This document shows positions 1-9,907 of a DNA stretch of 63,145 bases, piece by piece. The stretch lies in the IMG/VR virus record IMGVR_UViG_3300020381_000001, one strand, 5' to 3'. Origin of the DNA: an uncultured virus (IMG/VR IMGVR_UViG_3300020381_000001). Lineage: Duplodnaviria; Heunggongvirae; Uroviricota; Caudoviricetes. The position numbers were made by a program, and so were the translations under genes. Below the pieces are notes generated by a model that was not told the DNA's origin, searched no databases, and worked only from the letters and a program-made list of their open reading frames with translations. The first letter of the stretch is position 1. Each line of letters begins with the position of its first letter.

Positions 1-1
1 C

Positions 2-985
2 TGTAAACCTGTTGGAAGTGTTAAAAAGGAAGAAGTTCAGAGAGATGAATACGGTGATCCAATTGGAGGTCCAAAGATCTCAAAGAAACAGAAGGCAAAA
101 AATCTTGCAATGAATGAACCTGATAAGCAACATACTACAGATACTTCTGAAGGTATGGCATATGGTATCTCTAGAGGATCAGGTAAACCATCAGGTGCAA
201 TGTCTGCATTTGGTAAAAAGAAAAAGGAGAATCCTTATTCACTCAAGAATAAGTTGAAGATGGTAATCAAAGGTGCTGCCGAGAAGCAAAGAGCAAAGGC
301 AGGTGTAACAAGTGAAGAAATTATTTCTGAAAGACAAAAGGACAGTGACAATCAAAGATTAAGTCAGGAACGTGGTCGTTCTAACTATGGTAAAGCATCT
401 GTCAGAAACGTAAGAGCAACAGGTACAGGTGGTAATGCTGCTGATCCTGCTGAGAGACTTGTGGCAATGGACGCAAGACATAAAGCACATAAAGAAAAAC
501 GTGGTGTTAAAACAAAAGTGAAAGAAGAGGTTGGTATTACCACTCATTCTATGATGATGAAAGATAATGCAAAGAAGGAGGCAATGCTTAGAAAGAAAGA
601 ACAAGAAGCAGTATCTAAGAAGATGAAGAAAGAGGAAATAATTACTTTACAGGATGCCAATGGTAATGATTTTGTAGAAATTATTGATGTAATTTCAGCA
701 AAAAAAGTGCAATCTGATTGGAGAAATGAATTGGATGAGGGGGCAGCATGGACAAAAAAATCTGGTAAGAATAAGGAAGGTGGTTTAAATGAGAAAGGAA
801 GAAAGTCTTATGAAAGAGATAATCCTGGTTCTGACTTAAAAGCACCAAGTAAAAAGGTTGGAAATCCTCGTAGAGCATCATTCTGTGCTCGTATGAAGGG
901 AATGAAAAAGAAATTAACAAGTGCAAAAACTGCGAGTGATCCAGATTCAAGAATTAATAAGTCACTTCGTAAGTGGAACTGCTGA
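2..985 (+). CDS. Highly charged modular protein upstream of the terminase (5'-truncated), probable virion/internal head protein
   Basis: Frame is open from base 2 through the ATG at 110. K/E-rich, with a C-terminal AAWTKKSGKNKEGGLN...RRASFCARM...SLRKWNC module typical of T4-like cyanophages. Confidence 0.7.
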   Translation, partial: CKPVGSVKKEEVQRDEYGDPIGGPKISKKQKAKNLAMNEPDKQHTTDTSEGMAYGISRGSGKPSGAMSAFGKKKKENPYSLKNKLKMVIKGAAEKQRAKAGVTSEEIISERQKDSDNQRLSQERGRSNYGKASVRNVRATGTGGNAADPAERLVAMDARHKAHKEKRGVKTKVKEEVGITTHSMMMKDNAKKEAMLRKKEQEAVSKKMKKEEIITLQDANGNDFVEIIDVISAKKVQSDWRNELDEGAAWTKKSGKNKEGGLNEKGRKSYERDNPGSDLKAPSKKVGNPRRASFCARMKGMKKKLTSAKTASDPDSRINKSLRKWNC

Positions 986-991
986 TAAATT

Positions 992-2638
992 ATGAATGAT
1001 AATGTATACCTTGGCAATCCAAATTTAAAAAAAGCAAATACTCCTCATGAATTTACTGAGGAGCAGGTCATTGAATTTATTAAGTGTAAGAATGATCCTG
1101 TTTATTTTGCAAAAAATTATATAAAAATCGTTTCTCTAGATGAAGGATTAACACAGTTTCATCCTTATGATTTTCAAGAGAAATTAATTAGAAATTTTCA
1201 CGAAAATAGATTCAATATATGTAAAATGCCTAGACAGACTGGTAAATCTACCACATCTGTTTCATATCTTTTACATTATGCTGTTTTTAATGACAGTGCT
1301 AATATTGGTATTCTTGCTAACAAGGCAGCAACTGCCAGAGATTTACTAGGTAGATTACAGACTGCATATGAGAATTTACCTAAATGGATGCAACAGGGCA
1401 TTATTGCTTGGAATAAAGGATCACTGGAGTTAGAAAATGGATCTAAAATACTGGCGGCATCTACCTCTGCCTCTGCAGTTCGAGGTATGTCTTTTAACAT
1501 TCTTTTTCTGGACGAGTTTGCCTTTGTTCCTAACCATATTGCTGAGTCATTCTTTGCCTCAGTATATCCTACTATCACTTCTGGTAAAAACACCAAAGTT
1601 ATAATGGTCTCAACCCCTCACGGGATGAATCATTTTTATAGGTACTGGCATGATGCCGAAAGAGGAAAGAACGAATATATTCCAACAGATGTTCATTGGT
1701 CTGAAGTGCCAGGTAGAGATGGTGTTTGGAAACAACAAACAATTGCAAACACATCAGAACAACAGTTCAAAGTCGAGTTTGAATGTGAATTTCTTGGATC
1801 AATTAATACTTTAATAAGTCCTGCCATATTAAGAAATATGGTATATGACTCTCCAATTGCAAAGAATGCAGGATTAGATATTTACGAAAATCCAATAAAA
1901 GATCATAATTACATACTCACAGTTGACGTTGCAAGAGGACTTGGAAATGATTATTCTGCATTTATAGTTTTTGATGTAACACAATTTCCTTATAAGGTTG
2001 TAGCAAAATATCGAAATAATGAAGTAAAACCAATGTTGTTTCCAAATGTGATATTAGATGTTGCAAAAGGATATAATAATGCATACTTATTAGTTGAAGT
2101 AAATGATATTGGTGATCAAGTTGCAAGTATCCTTCAATATGATTTGGAATATGAAAACTTACTTATGGCATCTATGAGAGGGAGAGCAGGGCAAGTTGTT
2201 GGGCAAGGATTTTCGGGAAAGAAAACTCAATTAGGTGTTAGAACTACTTCAGCAGTTAAAAAACTAGGTTGTAGTAATTTAAAAACTATGATCGAAGATA
2301 GTAAGTTATTAACTTGTGATTATGAAATTATATCCGAATTAACTACGTTTGCTCAAAAACATAATTCATTTGAAGCAGAAGAAGGATGTAATGATGACTT
2401 AGCAATGTGTTTAGTATTATTTGCATGGTTAGTCGCACAAGATTATTTTAAAGAAATGACTGATAATGATATAAGAAAAAGAATATATGAAGAACAAAGA
2501 AATCAGATAGAGCAGGATATGGCACCTTTTGGATTTATTGCTAACGGATTAGATGATGAAAGTTTTGTTGATAAAGATGGAGACTTATGGCATATTGATG
2601 AATATGGTGATAGATCTTATATGTGGGATTATCAATGA
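992..2638 (+). CDS. gp17: Terminase large subunit
   Basis: Walker A PRQTGKST, Walker B LFLDEFAF, nuclease motifs TVDVARG..DYSA and NDDLAM; T4 gene order. Confidence 0.98.
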   Translation: MNDNVYLGNPNLKKANTPHEFTEEQVIEFIKCKNDPVYFAKNYIKIVSLDEGLTQFHPYDFQEKLIRNFHENRFNICKMPRQTGKSTTSVSYLLHYAVFNDSANIGILANKAATARDLLGRLQTAYENLPKWMQQGIIAWNKGSLELENGSKILAASTSASAVRGMSFNILFLDEFAFVPNHIAESFFASVYPTITSGKNTKVIMVSTPHGMNHFYRYWHDAERGKNEYIPTDVHWSEVPGRDGVWKQQTIANTSEQQFKVEFECEFLGSINTLISPAILRNMVYDSPIAKNAGLDIYENPIKDHNYILTVDVARGLGNDYSAFIVFDVTQFPYKVVAKYRNNEVKPMLFPNVILDVAKGYNNAYLLVEVNDIGDQVASILQYDLEYENLLMASMRGRAGQVVGQGFSGKKTQLGVRTTSAVKKLGCSNLKTMIEDSKLLTCDYEIISELTTFAQKHNSFEAEEGCNDDLAMCLVLFAWLVAQDYFKEMTDNDIRKRIYEEQRNQIEQDMAPFGFIANGLDDESFVDKDGDLWHIDEYGDRSYMWDYQ

Positions 2639-2725
2639 ATAAAAAATATGAGTTCAATTTTTTATATATTTGGTTGTATAAAGATAATACGATTGGACGC
2701 ACATTTTTAAAATTTAAAATATGAT

Positions 2726-2953
2726 ATGGAATTTGATGAACAAATAGAATTAGAACATTTATTATTCTCCGAAAGAAAATGTAGAGTGTGTGGTAAGATC
2801 AAAAATTTAGTAGAAGATTTTTATTTGACAAGAAAGTATAAAGGAACCTTACCTTCAGCATATTCATATGAATGTAAAACATGTACTGTACATAGAATTA
2901 CAAAAAGAAGAAAGACTAGGTTTAGAGGTGAAGATATATATCCAGATTGGTGA
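2726..2953 (+). CDS. Small zinc-ribbon protein (CxxC...CxxC)
   Basis: CRVC...FY...YECKTC pattern; 75 aa ORF between gp17 and gp18. Confidence 0.7.
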   Translation: MEFDEQIELEHLLFSERKCRVCGKIKNLVEDFYLTRKYKGTLPSAYSYECKTCTVHRITKRRKTRFRGEDIYPDW

Positions 2954-3033
2954 TGTTCACGCATTGTTTCCCCATCGTAAATACCCTTTTACATAAATAT
3001 TTTTAGATAATTTTGGATTACGAGGAGTAAGGG

Positions 3034-5235
3034 ATGGCCTTAAATTTAGCATCTCCAGGTATTCTCATAAGAGAAGTTGACCTAACGATTGGAAGAATCG
3101 ACGGGACAACTGGTAAAGTTGGGGGAATCGTAGGACCTTTTGCAAAAGGACCAGTCAATGAACCAACTCCTATTACTGGAGAAAATGATTTATTTGACCA
3201 ATTTGGTCAACCATATGATGCAGATAAACAATACGAAACATGGATGGTTGCATCCTCATACTTAGCGTATGGAGGAAGTTTAAGTGTTGTCAGAGCAGAT
3301 GACCAAGATCTTAGAAATGGATTTGTTGGTGCTGGTGCAAGTTTTAAAGTTAAAAGCACTGAACACTATCAGGAATTAGGTTATCAAGAAAATTCTTTAG
3401 TCAATGTAACACTAGCAGCACGAAATCCTGGTACTTGGTCAAATGGAATTAGGGTTGCCATTATTGATGGCATGGCTGATCAAATACTAGATCTAACTAT
3501 GACTGGTATAGCACAAACAGTAGTAGCTGGTGTTGGTATAACACAAACAGTTCCTGAAAGCACAGTTGTATCAGGATCTGGCACAACTAGTTTATTAGAT
3601 GGTCATTTCAAAGGAATTGTCACTCAAGTAGGACCTAATACCTCTGTAGGACTTAGTACTGATCAAATTTCAGTTAAATTTTTATCACATGTATCTGCTG
3701 CAGGAACTGAAACACCAAAAGACTACAACAGTATCTACAAATTTTCTCCTAACGTTAATGCAACAGTATCTACTGGTGGTACTGTGGCTGCAAATGGAAC
3801 ATTAGATTGGTTTGATCAGCAAACCTATGATGTTACTACTGCTTCAGTCGGAGGAGGAACAACAACTGTAACTGCTAAATGGAATGCAATTGCCGAAAAA
3901 CCTGGTACATCATCTTATGCTTCAGAAAGAGGTGGTAGATTTGATGAAGTTCATGTTGTGGTCATTGACGCAAAAGGAACTATTTCAGGAAATGCAGGAA
4001 CAGTATTAGAGAAACATCTTAACCTATCAAAAGCAAAAGATGCAACGTTCTCTGTAGGATCTCCATCTTACTGGAGAAAATATCTTTACACTAATTCAAC
4101 AAACATTTTTGGTCTTGGTGGTTCTGTAATAGGTGTTACAACAACTGGATTCACTGGTTCCAACTTCACTAAATTTAGTGATGGTGGATGGGATCAAGAT
4201 GCTGACGGGATTGTGTTTAATAGTTGTGGAAAAGTAAACTTAGAAATTGCAAAAGGAACTAATTATGGAGGAACGACTGGTATTGGAACTACTGGTTCAC
4301 TTGATTCTGGTTTAGGTGATTTAATTGCAGGATATCAAAAGTTTCAAAGTGACACAGTAGATAATGTAGATTTCTTATTGATGGGTTCTGGTAAGTATGG
4401 TCAGGATAGCACAAGACAATTGGCAACTACACTCATTAGTGTTGCAGAGGAGAGAAAGGATGCAGTCGCATTCATCTCACCATCAAGAGATCGTATATTA
4501 TCTGATACAAAGGATGCATTTGGAGTAACAGTTTTTGATGATCAAACAATCACTGATAATGTTGTTGAGTTTTATGACACAATAACATCATCTACCTTCG
4601 CAGTATTTGACAGTGGGTACAAATACATGTATGATAGGTTTAATGAAGTGTTCCGTTACGTCCCATTAAATGGTGACATTGCAGGAACATGTGCAAGAAA
4701 TGACATTAACGATTTCCCTTGGTTCTCACCAGCAGGTACAGACAGAGGAGCAATCTTAAATGCAGTTAAACTTCCTTATAATCCAACCAGATTACAGAGA
4801 GATAAACTTTATTCAAATAGAATAAATCCAGTTATCAACTCACCTGGTGCAGGAATTATATTATTCGGTGATAAAACTGGTTTCGCAAAAGCATCTGCAT
4901 TCGATAGAATCAATGTTCGTAGACTGTTCATCTATCTTGAAAATGGTATTGCAGCAGCTGCAAAAGACCAATTGTTTGAATTTAACGATGAAATCACAAG
5001 GGCAAACTTTGTGAACATTGTTGAACCTTTCCTAAGAGATGTTCAATCCAAGAGAGGTATTCAAGATTATGTTGTTGTTTGTGATGAGACAAATAACACA
5101 GCTTCTGTTATAGATAATAACGAGTTCATAGCAGACATCTTTGTCAAACCAGCAAGGTCAATTAACTTCATTGGTCTTACATTCGTTGCCACTCGATCTG
5201 GTGTATCGTTTGAAGAAGTTATCGGTTCCGTTTAA
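3034..5235 (+). CDS. gp18: Tail sheath protein
   Basis: N-terminal LASPGILIREVDLT, PWFSPAG, DRINVRRLF and FEFNDE motifs. Confidence 0.97.
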   Translation: MALNLASPGILIREVDLTIGRIDGTTGKVGGIVGPFAKGPVNEPTPITGENDLFDQFGQPYDADKQYETWMVASSYLAYGGSLSVVRADDQDLRNGFVGAGASFKVKSTEHYQELGYQENSLVNVTLAARNPGTWSNGIRVAIIDGMADQILDLTMTGIAQTVVAGVGITQTVPESTVVSGSGTTSLLDGHFKGIVTQVGPNTSVGLSTDQISVKFLSHVSAAGTETPKDYNSIYKFSPNVNATVSTGGTVAANGTLDWFDQQTYDVTTASVGGGTTTVTAKWNAIAEKPGTSSYASERGGRFDEVHVVVIDAKGTISGNAGTVLEKHLNLSKAKDATFSVGSPSYWRKYLYTNSTNIFGLGGSVIGVTTTGFTGSNFTKFSDGGWDQDADGIVFNSCGKVNLEIAKGTNYGGTTGIGTTGSLDSGLGDLIAGYQKFQSDTVDNVDFLLMGSGKYGQDSTRQLATTLISVAEERKDAVAFISPSRDRILSDTKDAFGVTVFDDQTITDNVVEFYDTITSSTFAVFDSGYKYMYDRFNEVFRYVPLNGDIAGTCARNDINDFPWFSPAGTDRGAILNAVKLPYNPTRLQRDKLYSNRINPVINSPGAGIILFGDKTGFAKASAFDRINVRRLFIYLENGIAAAAKDQLFEFNDEITRANFVNIVEPFLRDVQSKRGIQDYVVVCDETNNTASVIDNNEFIADIFVKPARSINFIGLTFVATRSGVSFEEVIGSV

Positions 5236-5256
5236 TTAATTTAGAGGTTTAAAACA

Positions 5257-5850
5257 ATGCCTTCACGTCAACAAATCAACAATATTCCACTAAGGAAAAT
5301 TAGTGATTTCAAAAGTAGATTGTCTGGTGGTGGTGCTAGACCAAACCTCTTTGAGGTAGAGTTAGCATTTCCAGATGCGGTTGCAATCGCAAACGATGTC
5401 TTACAGAAATCTAGATTTTTAGTTAAAGCAGCAGCACTTCCTGCTTCAACAATTGCTCCAGTCGAAATACCCTTTAGAGGTCGTATTTTAAAAGTTGCTG
5501 GAGACAGAACATTCGAAACATGGACTATCACAGTCATTAACGATTCAGATTTTGTTATTAGATCTGCGATGGAAAAATGGATGAATGTAATTAACAAACT
5601 AGAAGATGCCACAGGATTAACTGATCCAGACGAGTATCATAAAGATGCTTTCGTTCATCAGTTGGATCGTGATGGTTCAATTCTACGTTCGTATAAATTC
5701 TGGGATATTTTTCCAACTAATATTTCCACAATCGATCTTAATTATGAAACAACTGATACGATTGAACAGTTTGATGTAGAGATGCAGGTTCACTGGTGGG
5801 AAGCATTTAAGGGTACTAGCTCTCAAGCTGGTGGTGAAAATATCAGATAA
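5257..5850 (+). CDS. gp19: Tail tube protein
   Basis: GGARPNLFEV, FRGRILKVAGDRTFETWTITVIND; follows gp18. Confidence 0.96.
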   Translation: MPSRQQINNIPLRKISDFKSRLSGGGARPNLFEVELAFPDAVAIANDVLQKSRFLVKAAALPASTIAPVEIPFRGRILKVAGDRTFETWTITVINDSDFVIRSAMEKWMNVINKLEDATGLTDPDEYHKDAFVHQLDRDGSILRSYKFWDIFPTNISTIDLNYETTDTIEQFDVEMQVHWWEAFKGTSSQAGGENIR

Positions 5851-5878
5851 ATAGTAAAAATACTAGTACAATTATAAT

Positions 5879-7537
5879 ATGGCAAGGCTTTTTGGTTTTT
5901 CTGTTGAAGATAAAGAAAAAAAATCACAATCGATAGTTTCACCCGTTCCTCAAAATAATGAGGACGGGTCTGACTATTATATACAGAGTGGTTTTTATGG
6001 TTCTTATGTAGATATAGAAGGAGTATATCGAAACGAATTCGATTTAATTAAAAGATATAGAGAGATGGCATTGCATCCTGAGTGTGATGGTGCAATTGAA
6101 GATATTGTAAATGAAGCAATCGTAAGTGATTTATATGACTCACCTGTAGAAATAGAATTATCTAATTTAAATGCAAGTGATAAATTAAAAAAAATAATTA
6201 GAGAAGAATTTAAATATCTCAAAGAGATATTAGATTTTGATCGTAAGGCACATGAAATATTTCGTAATTGGTACGTAGATGGTAAAATATGTTATCTGAA
6301 AGTTATCGACCAGAAAAGACCACAGGATGGTATTCAAGATTTAAGATATATTGATTCTCTAAAAATAAAATTTATACGTAAAGAAAAAAAGAAAAATCCA
6401 AATGATTATGTCAACGTAAGAAATAATCGTGATGATGCTGGAGCAATTTTGAATCCAGAAATTGATGAATATTACATTTATACTCCTTCACCTAATTATC
6501 CAACAAATCTTGCAACAGGTGGTGGTGGTGCAAAAGGTGTTAAAATTGCAAAAGATGCAATTACTTACTGCACATCTGGATTAGTAGATCGTAATCGTGG
6601 TAGTGTATTATCATATTTACATAAAGCAATTAAAGGACTAAATCAACTTCGTATGATTGAAGATAGTTTAGTAATTTATAGAATATCTCGTGCACCAGAA
6701 AGAAGAATATTTTATATTGACGTTGGTAATCTTCCAAAGATAAAAGCAGAGCAATATCTAAAAGAGGTAATGTATCGTTATCGTAATAAGTTAGTTTATA
6801 ACGCACAAACTGGTGAAGTAAGAGATGATCGTAAGTTCATGTCAATGATGGAAGATTTCTGGTTACCACGTAGAGAAGGTGGAAGAGGAACTGAAATTAC
6901 AACTTTACCTGGTGGTCAAAACTTAGGTGAATTATCTGATATCGAGTATTTCCAAAAGAAACTTTATAGATCATTGAATGTTCCTGAGTCAAGAATTGCA
7001 TCTGATGGTGGATTTAATTTGGGAAGATCGTCTGAGATATTAAGAGATGAACTTAAATTTACGAAGTTTGTTGGACGTTTGAGAAAGAGATTTGCTCAAG
7101 TATTTAATGATATGCTTAAGACTCAATTGATTCTTAAAAATGTTATTACACCTGAAGATTGGGAAAGCATCAGAGAACATATTCAATATGATTTCTTATA
7201 TGATAATCAGTTTGCGGAATTAAAAAATTCTGAATTAATGAACGAAAGACTTGGAACTCTTGCAACAATCGAACCTTATATTGGTAAGTTTTATTCGAAT
7301 GATTATGTAAGAAGAAAAATATTACGTCAAACTGATGCAGAGATCATCGAAATTGATGAGCAGATTGAGCAGGAAATTAAAGATGGTATTATTCCAGATC
7401 CAAATGCTATAGATCCAATTACGGGAGAACCACTTGAGGGTGGTGGAGATTTAGGAGATATTCCAATGGACTCAGAAATTGATGGTGGTGTCACTGATGC
7501 ACAGTTAAATAAAGATACCAAATCGGCGGAGATATAA
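5879..7537 (+). CDS. gp20: Portal vertex protein
   Basis: YRISRAPERRIFYIDVGNLP and EDFWLPRREGGRGTEITTLPGG signatures. Confidence 0.98.
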   Translation: MARLFGFSVEDKEKKSQSIVSPVPQNNEDGSDYYIQSGFYGSYVDIEGVYRNEFDLIKRYREMALHPECDGAIEDIVNEAIVSDLYDSPVEIELSNLNASDKLKKIIREEFKYLKEILDFDRKAHEIFRNWYVDGKICYLKVIDQKRPQDGIQDLRYIDSLKIKFIRKEKKKNPNDYVNVRNNRDDAGAILNPEIDEYYIYTPSPNYPTNLATGGGGAKGVKIAKDAITYCTSGLVDRNRGSVLSYLHKAIKGLNQLRMIEDSLVIYRISRAPERRIFYIDVGNLPKIKAEQYLKEVMYRYRNKLVYNAQTGEVRDDRKFMSMMEDFWLPRREGGRGTEITTLPGGQNLGELSDIEYFQKKLYRSLNVPESRIASDGGFNLGRSSEILRDELKFTKFVGRLRKRFAQVFNDMLKTQLILKNVITPEDWESIREHIQYDFLYDNQFAELKNSELMNERLGTLATIEPYIGKFYSNDYVRRKILRQTDAEIIEIDEQIEQEIKDGIIPDPNAIDPITGEPLEGGGDLGDIPMDSEIDGGVTDAQLNKDTKSAEI

Positions 7538-7540
7538 ATA
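7533..7540 (+). promoter_or_regulatory. T4-type late promoter TATAAATA
   Basis: Exact consensus upstream of the prohead core genes. Confidence 0.75.
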
Positions 7541-7563
7541 AAATATAATGTTATAATTAAAAT

Positions 7564-7761
7564 ATGGAAGACATCATCGATTTGATAGCAACAGATTCTG
7601 CTGCATCTGAGGTTACTGATAAACTCAAAGACATTCTTTTTACAAAATCTGCAGAAAGAATTGAGAGTCAGAGACCTAATATTTCTACGTCTATGTTTGA
7701 TGAACCTGAAGTGGAAACTGAAGAGGAACCAGAACCAGAAACAACAGAGGAACCAGAATAA
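7564..7761 (+). CDS. Small acidic protein at the T4 gp67/gp68 prohead-core locus
   Basis: Lies between gp20 and gp21, with an E/P-rich tail. Confidence 0.7.
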   Translation: MEDIIDLIATDSAASEVTDKLKDILFTKSAERIESQRPNISTSMFDEPEVETEEEPEPETTEEPE

Positions 7762-8033
7762 TGGCATCAAACACAAATGTATTAGGTGCAGAAGTTGCAT
7801 TACCAGTTAATACAGGAACAGCAACAAGTTTTAGTGAAGCATCTGTTGTTCGTCTTGTAAATACAGATTCCAGTGCACATGTAGTAAGTGTTGTTGAAAC
7901 CGCTGGTGGAACTGGTATTGGAAGTTTTACAATGCCAGCAGGTTCTGTTGAATTTTTAGAAAAAAAATATACACATTGTGTTTTTGCAACTAATGCAGGT
8001 GTTAAAGGTTCAAAAGTAGGATTTACACATTAG
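7761..8033 (+). CDS. Hypothetical protein, probably virion structural
   Basis: 90 aa beta-rich ORF coupled to the previous gene inside the head operon. Confidence 0.7.
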   Translation: MASNTNVLGAEVALPVNTGTATSFSEASVVRLVNTDSSAHVVSVVETAGGTGIGSFTMPAGSVEFLEKKYTHCVFATNAGVKGSKVGFTH

Positions 8034-8037
8034 AAAA

Positions 8038-8688
8038 ATGAAATTAATTACAGAAGAAATTTCAACCGTTAAATTTATCACCGAAGGAAAAGGTGCTAAA
8101 AAGAAAATGTATATTGAAGGTGTTTTCCTACAAGGTGACATCAAAAATCGTAATGGTAGAATGTATCCAGTCGGAACTCTTTCAAAAGAAGTTGGTAGAT
8201 ACAACGAATCTTTTGTAAAAAAAGGTCGTGCACTTGGTGAACTCGGACATCCAGATGGTCCGACTGTGAATTTAGATCGTGTTTCTCATAAAATTGTATC
8301 ACTCACACAAGAGGGAAATAATTTTAAAGGTAAAGCACAACTTCTTGATACACCAATGGGTAAGATTGCAAAGTCACTCATCGGTGAAGGTGTAACACTC
8401 GGAGTTTCGTCTCGTGGTGTTGGATCATTAAAAGAAGATCGTAATGGATGCAAAGTAGTTGGTGAAGATTTTATGTTAGCAACTGCTGCAGATATCGTTG
8501 CTGATCCTTCTGCTCCTGATGCATTTGTATCTGGAATTATGGAAGGAAAGGAATGGGTTTGGGAAGGAGGAATTCTTCGTGAACATCAAGCAACAATTAC
8601 AAAAAAGAGAATCAATACTCTTGTAGATCAAGGTAGATTGGAAGAACATAAATTGGGTTTATTTACCAATTTCTTATCAAATCTATAA
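8038..8688 (+). CDS. gp21: Prohead core protease
   Basis: NRNGRMY, ALGELGHP, GVSSRGVGSL and DIVADPSAPDA motifs. Confidence 0.97.
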   Translation: MKLITEEISTVKFITEGKGAKKKMYIEGVFLQGDIKNRNGRMYPVGTLSKEVGRYNESFVKKGRALGELGHPDGPTVNLDRVSHKIVSLTQEGNNFKGKAQLLDTPMGKIAKSLIGEGVTLGVSSRGVGSLKEDRNGCKVVGEDFMLATAADIVADPSAPDAFVSGIMEGKEWVWEGGILREHQATITKKRINTLVDQGRLEEHKLGLFTNFLSNL

Positions 8689-8692
8689 GTTC

Positions 8693-8700
8693 TATAAATA
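8693..8700 (+). promoter_or_regulatory. T4-type late promoter TATAAATA
   Basis: Exact consensus upstream of gp22. Confidence 0.8.
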
Positions 8701-8740
8701 AATATAGAAAAATCTCCGAAAAGGCAACAATTTACACAAC

Positions 8741-9859
8741 ATGGAAAACGTAGTAACCAAAGGAGCTAAACCTGCAGAACCAATGCAGAAGCTTACCACA
8801 GGTGGAATATCACCATCAGTCGAGGATCTAGGCGGTCCTACACCTGAAAACTATAAACCAGACGACGACTCAGCAAAACTGAAAGATCCTGCAAATATCC
8901 TTAAGCAAGTTAAAGATATTGTAAATAAGGGAGCTAAACCAGCAGAACCTATGAAATCATCAGGCATGAAGGAAGAGGAAGCTGAAGTTGAAGGTGAAGT
9001 AGTTGCAGAAGAACCTGTTAAAGAGGAAGAAGTTGTAGCAGAAGAACCTGTTGCATCTGAAGAATCTGAAGTTGTTGCCGAAGAGGAAGAAACAGAAGAA
9101 GAAGTTGTTACTGAAACTATAGTCAATGTAGAAGAAGACATTGAGGCACTTTTAGAAGGTGAAGAACTTTCTGAAGAGTTTCAGGAAAAAGCAAAAACAA
9201 TTTTTGAAGCTGCTATCAAAACAAAAATCGCAGAAGTTAAATCAGAACTTCAAGAGCAATATGAAGCAACTATTGTAGAAGAAGTTGCTACTGTCAAATC
9301 AGAATTGACAGAAAGAATCGACGCATACCTTGAGTATGTTGCCGATGAATGGATGTCCGAAAATCAACTTGCAGTTGAAGCAGGACTCAAAACTGAAATG
9401 ACTGAATCATTCCTTACAGGAATGAAGGGTCTTTTTGAAGAACATTATGTAACTATCCCTGAAGAAAAATACGATGTACTTAATAGTATGGTAGATAAAC
9501 TTGATGAAATGGAAGGAAAACTCAACGAGCAAATTAATAAAAACGTTGCTCTAACTAAGAGATTGTCAGAATCTACTTCTGATGTAATCTTTGCAGATGT
9601 CACCGAAGGTCTTGCTGTAACACAGAAAGATAAGTTGGCGAAACTTGTAGAGAATGTTGAGTTTGATAGTGAAGACAAATACCGTGAGAAATTAGTAACA
9701 TTAAGGGAGTCTTATTTCCCAACTAATGGATCTAATATTCAAAGGAATGAAACCGAGACTTTATCTGAAGGTACAGAAACAGGTCATCAACAACCAGCAG
9801 TCACTGGTGTGATGGAATCTTATCTTCAAACTCTAGGTAGATCCGTTCCTAAAAAATGA
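8741..9859 (+). CDS. gp22: Prohead core scaffold protein
   Basis: Acidic coiled coil with KAKTIFEAA and YLEYVADEWMSEN; between gp21 and gp23. Confidence 0.95.
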   Translation: MENVVTKGAKPAEPMQKLTTGGISPSVEDLGGPTPENYKPDDDSAKLKDPANILKQVKDIVNKGAKPAEPMKSSGMKEEEAEVEGEVVAEEPVKEEEVVAEEPVASEESEVVAEEEETEEEVVTETIVNVEEDIEALLEGEELSEEFQEKAKTIFEAAIKTKIAEVKSELQEQYEATIVEEVATVKSELTERIDAYLEYVADEWMSENQLAVEAGLKTEMTESFLTGMKGLFEEHYVTIPEEKYDVLNSMVDKLDEMEGKLNEQINKNVALTKRLSESTSDVIFADVTEGLAVTQKDKLAKLVENVEFDSEDKYREKLVTLRESYFPTNGSNIQRNETETLSEGTETGHQQPAVTGVMESYLQTLGRSVPKK

Positions 9860-9907
9860 TTTTTATATCATAAATTCAAACTAAACTTTTAAAGAGGTAA
9901 ATTTCAA

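Noticed and set aside
2635..2724. 29-codon ORF after gp17
   Set aside because: Very AT-rich, with no recognisable motif; too short to support.
8759..8955. Repeated KGAKPAEPM in gp22
   Set aside because: Ordinary internal repeat in the flexible N-terminus of a scaffold protein.
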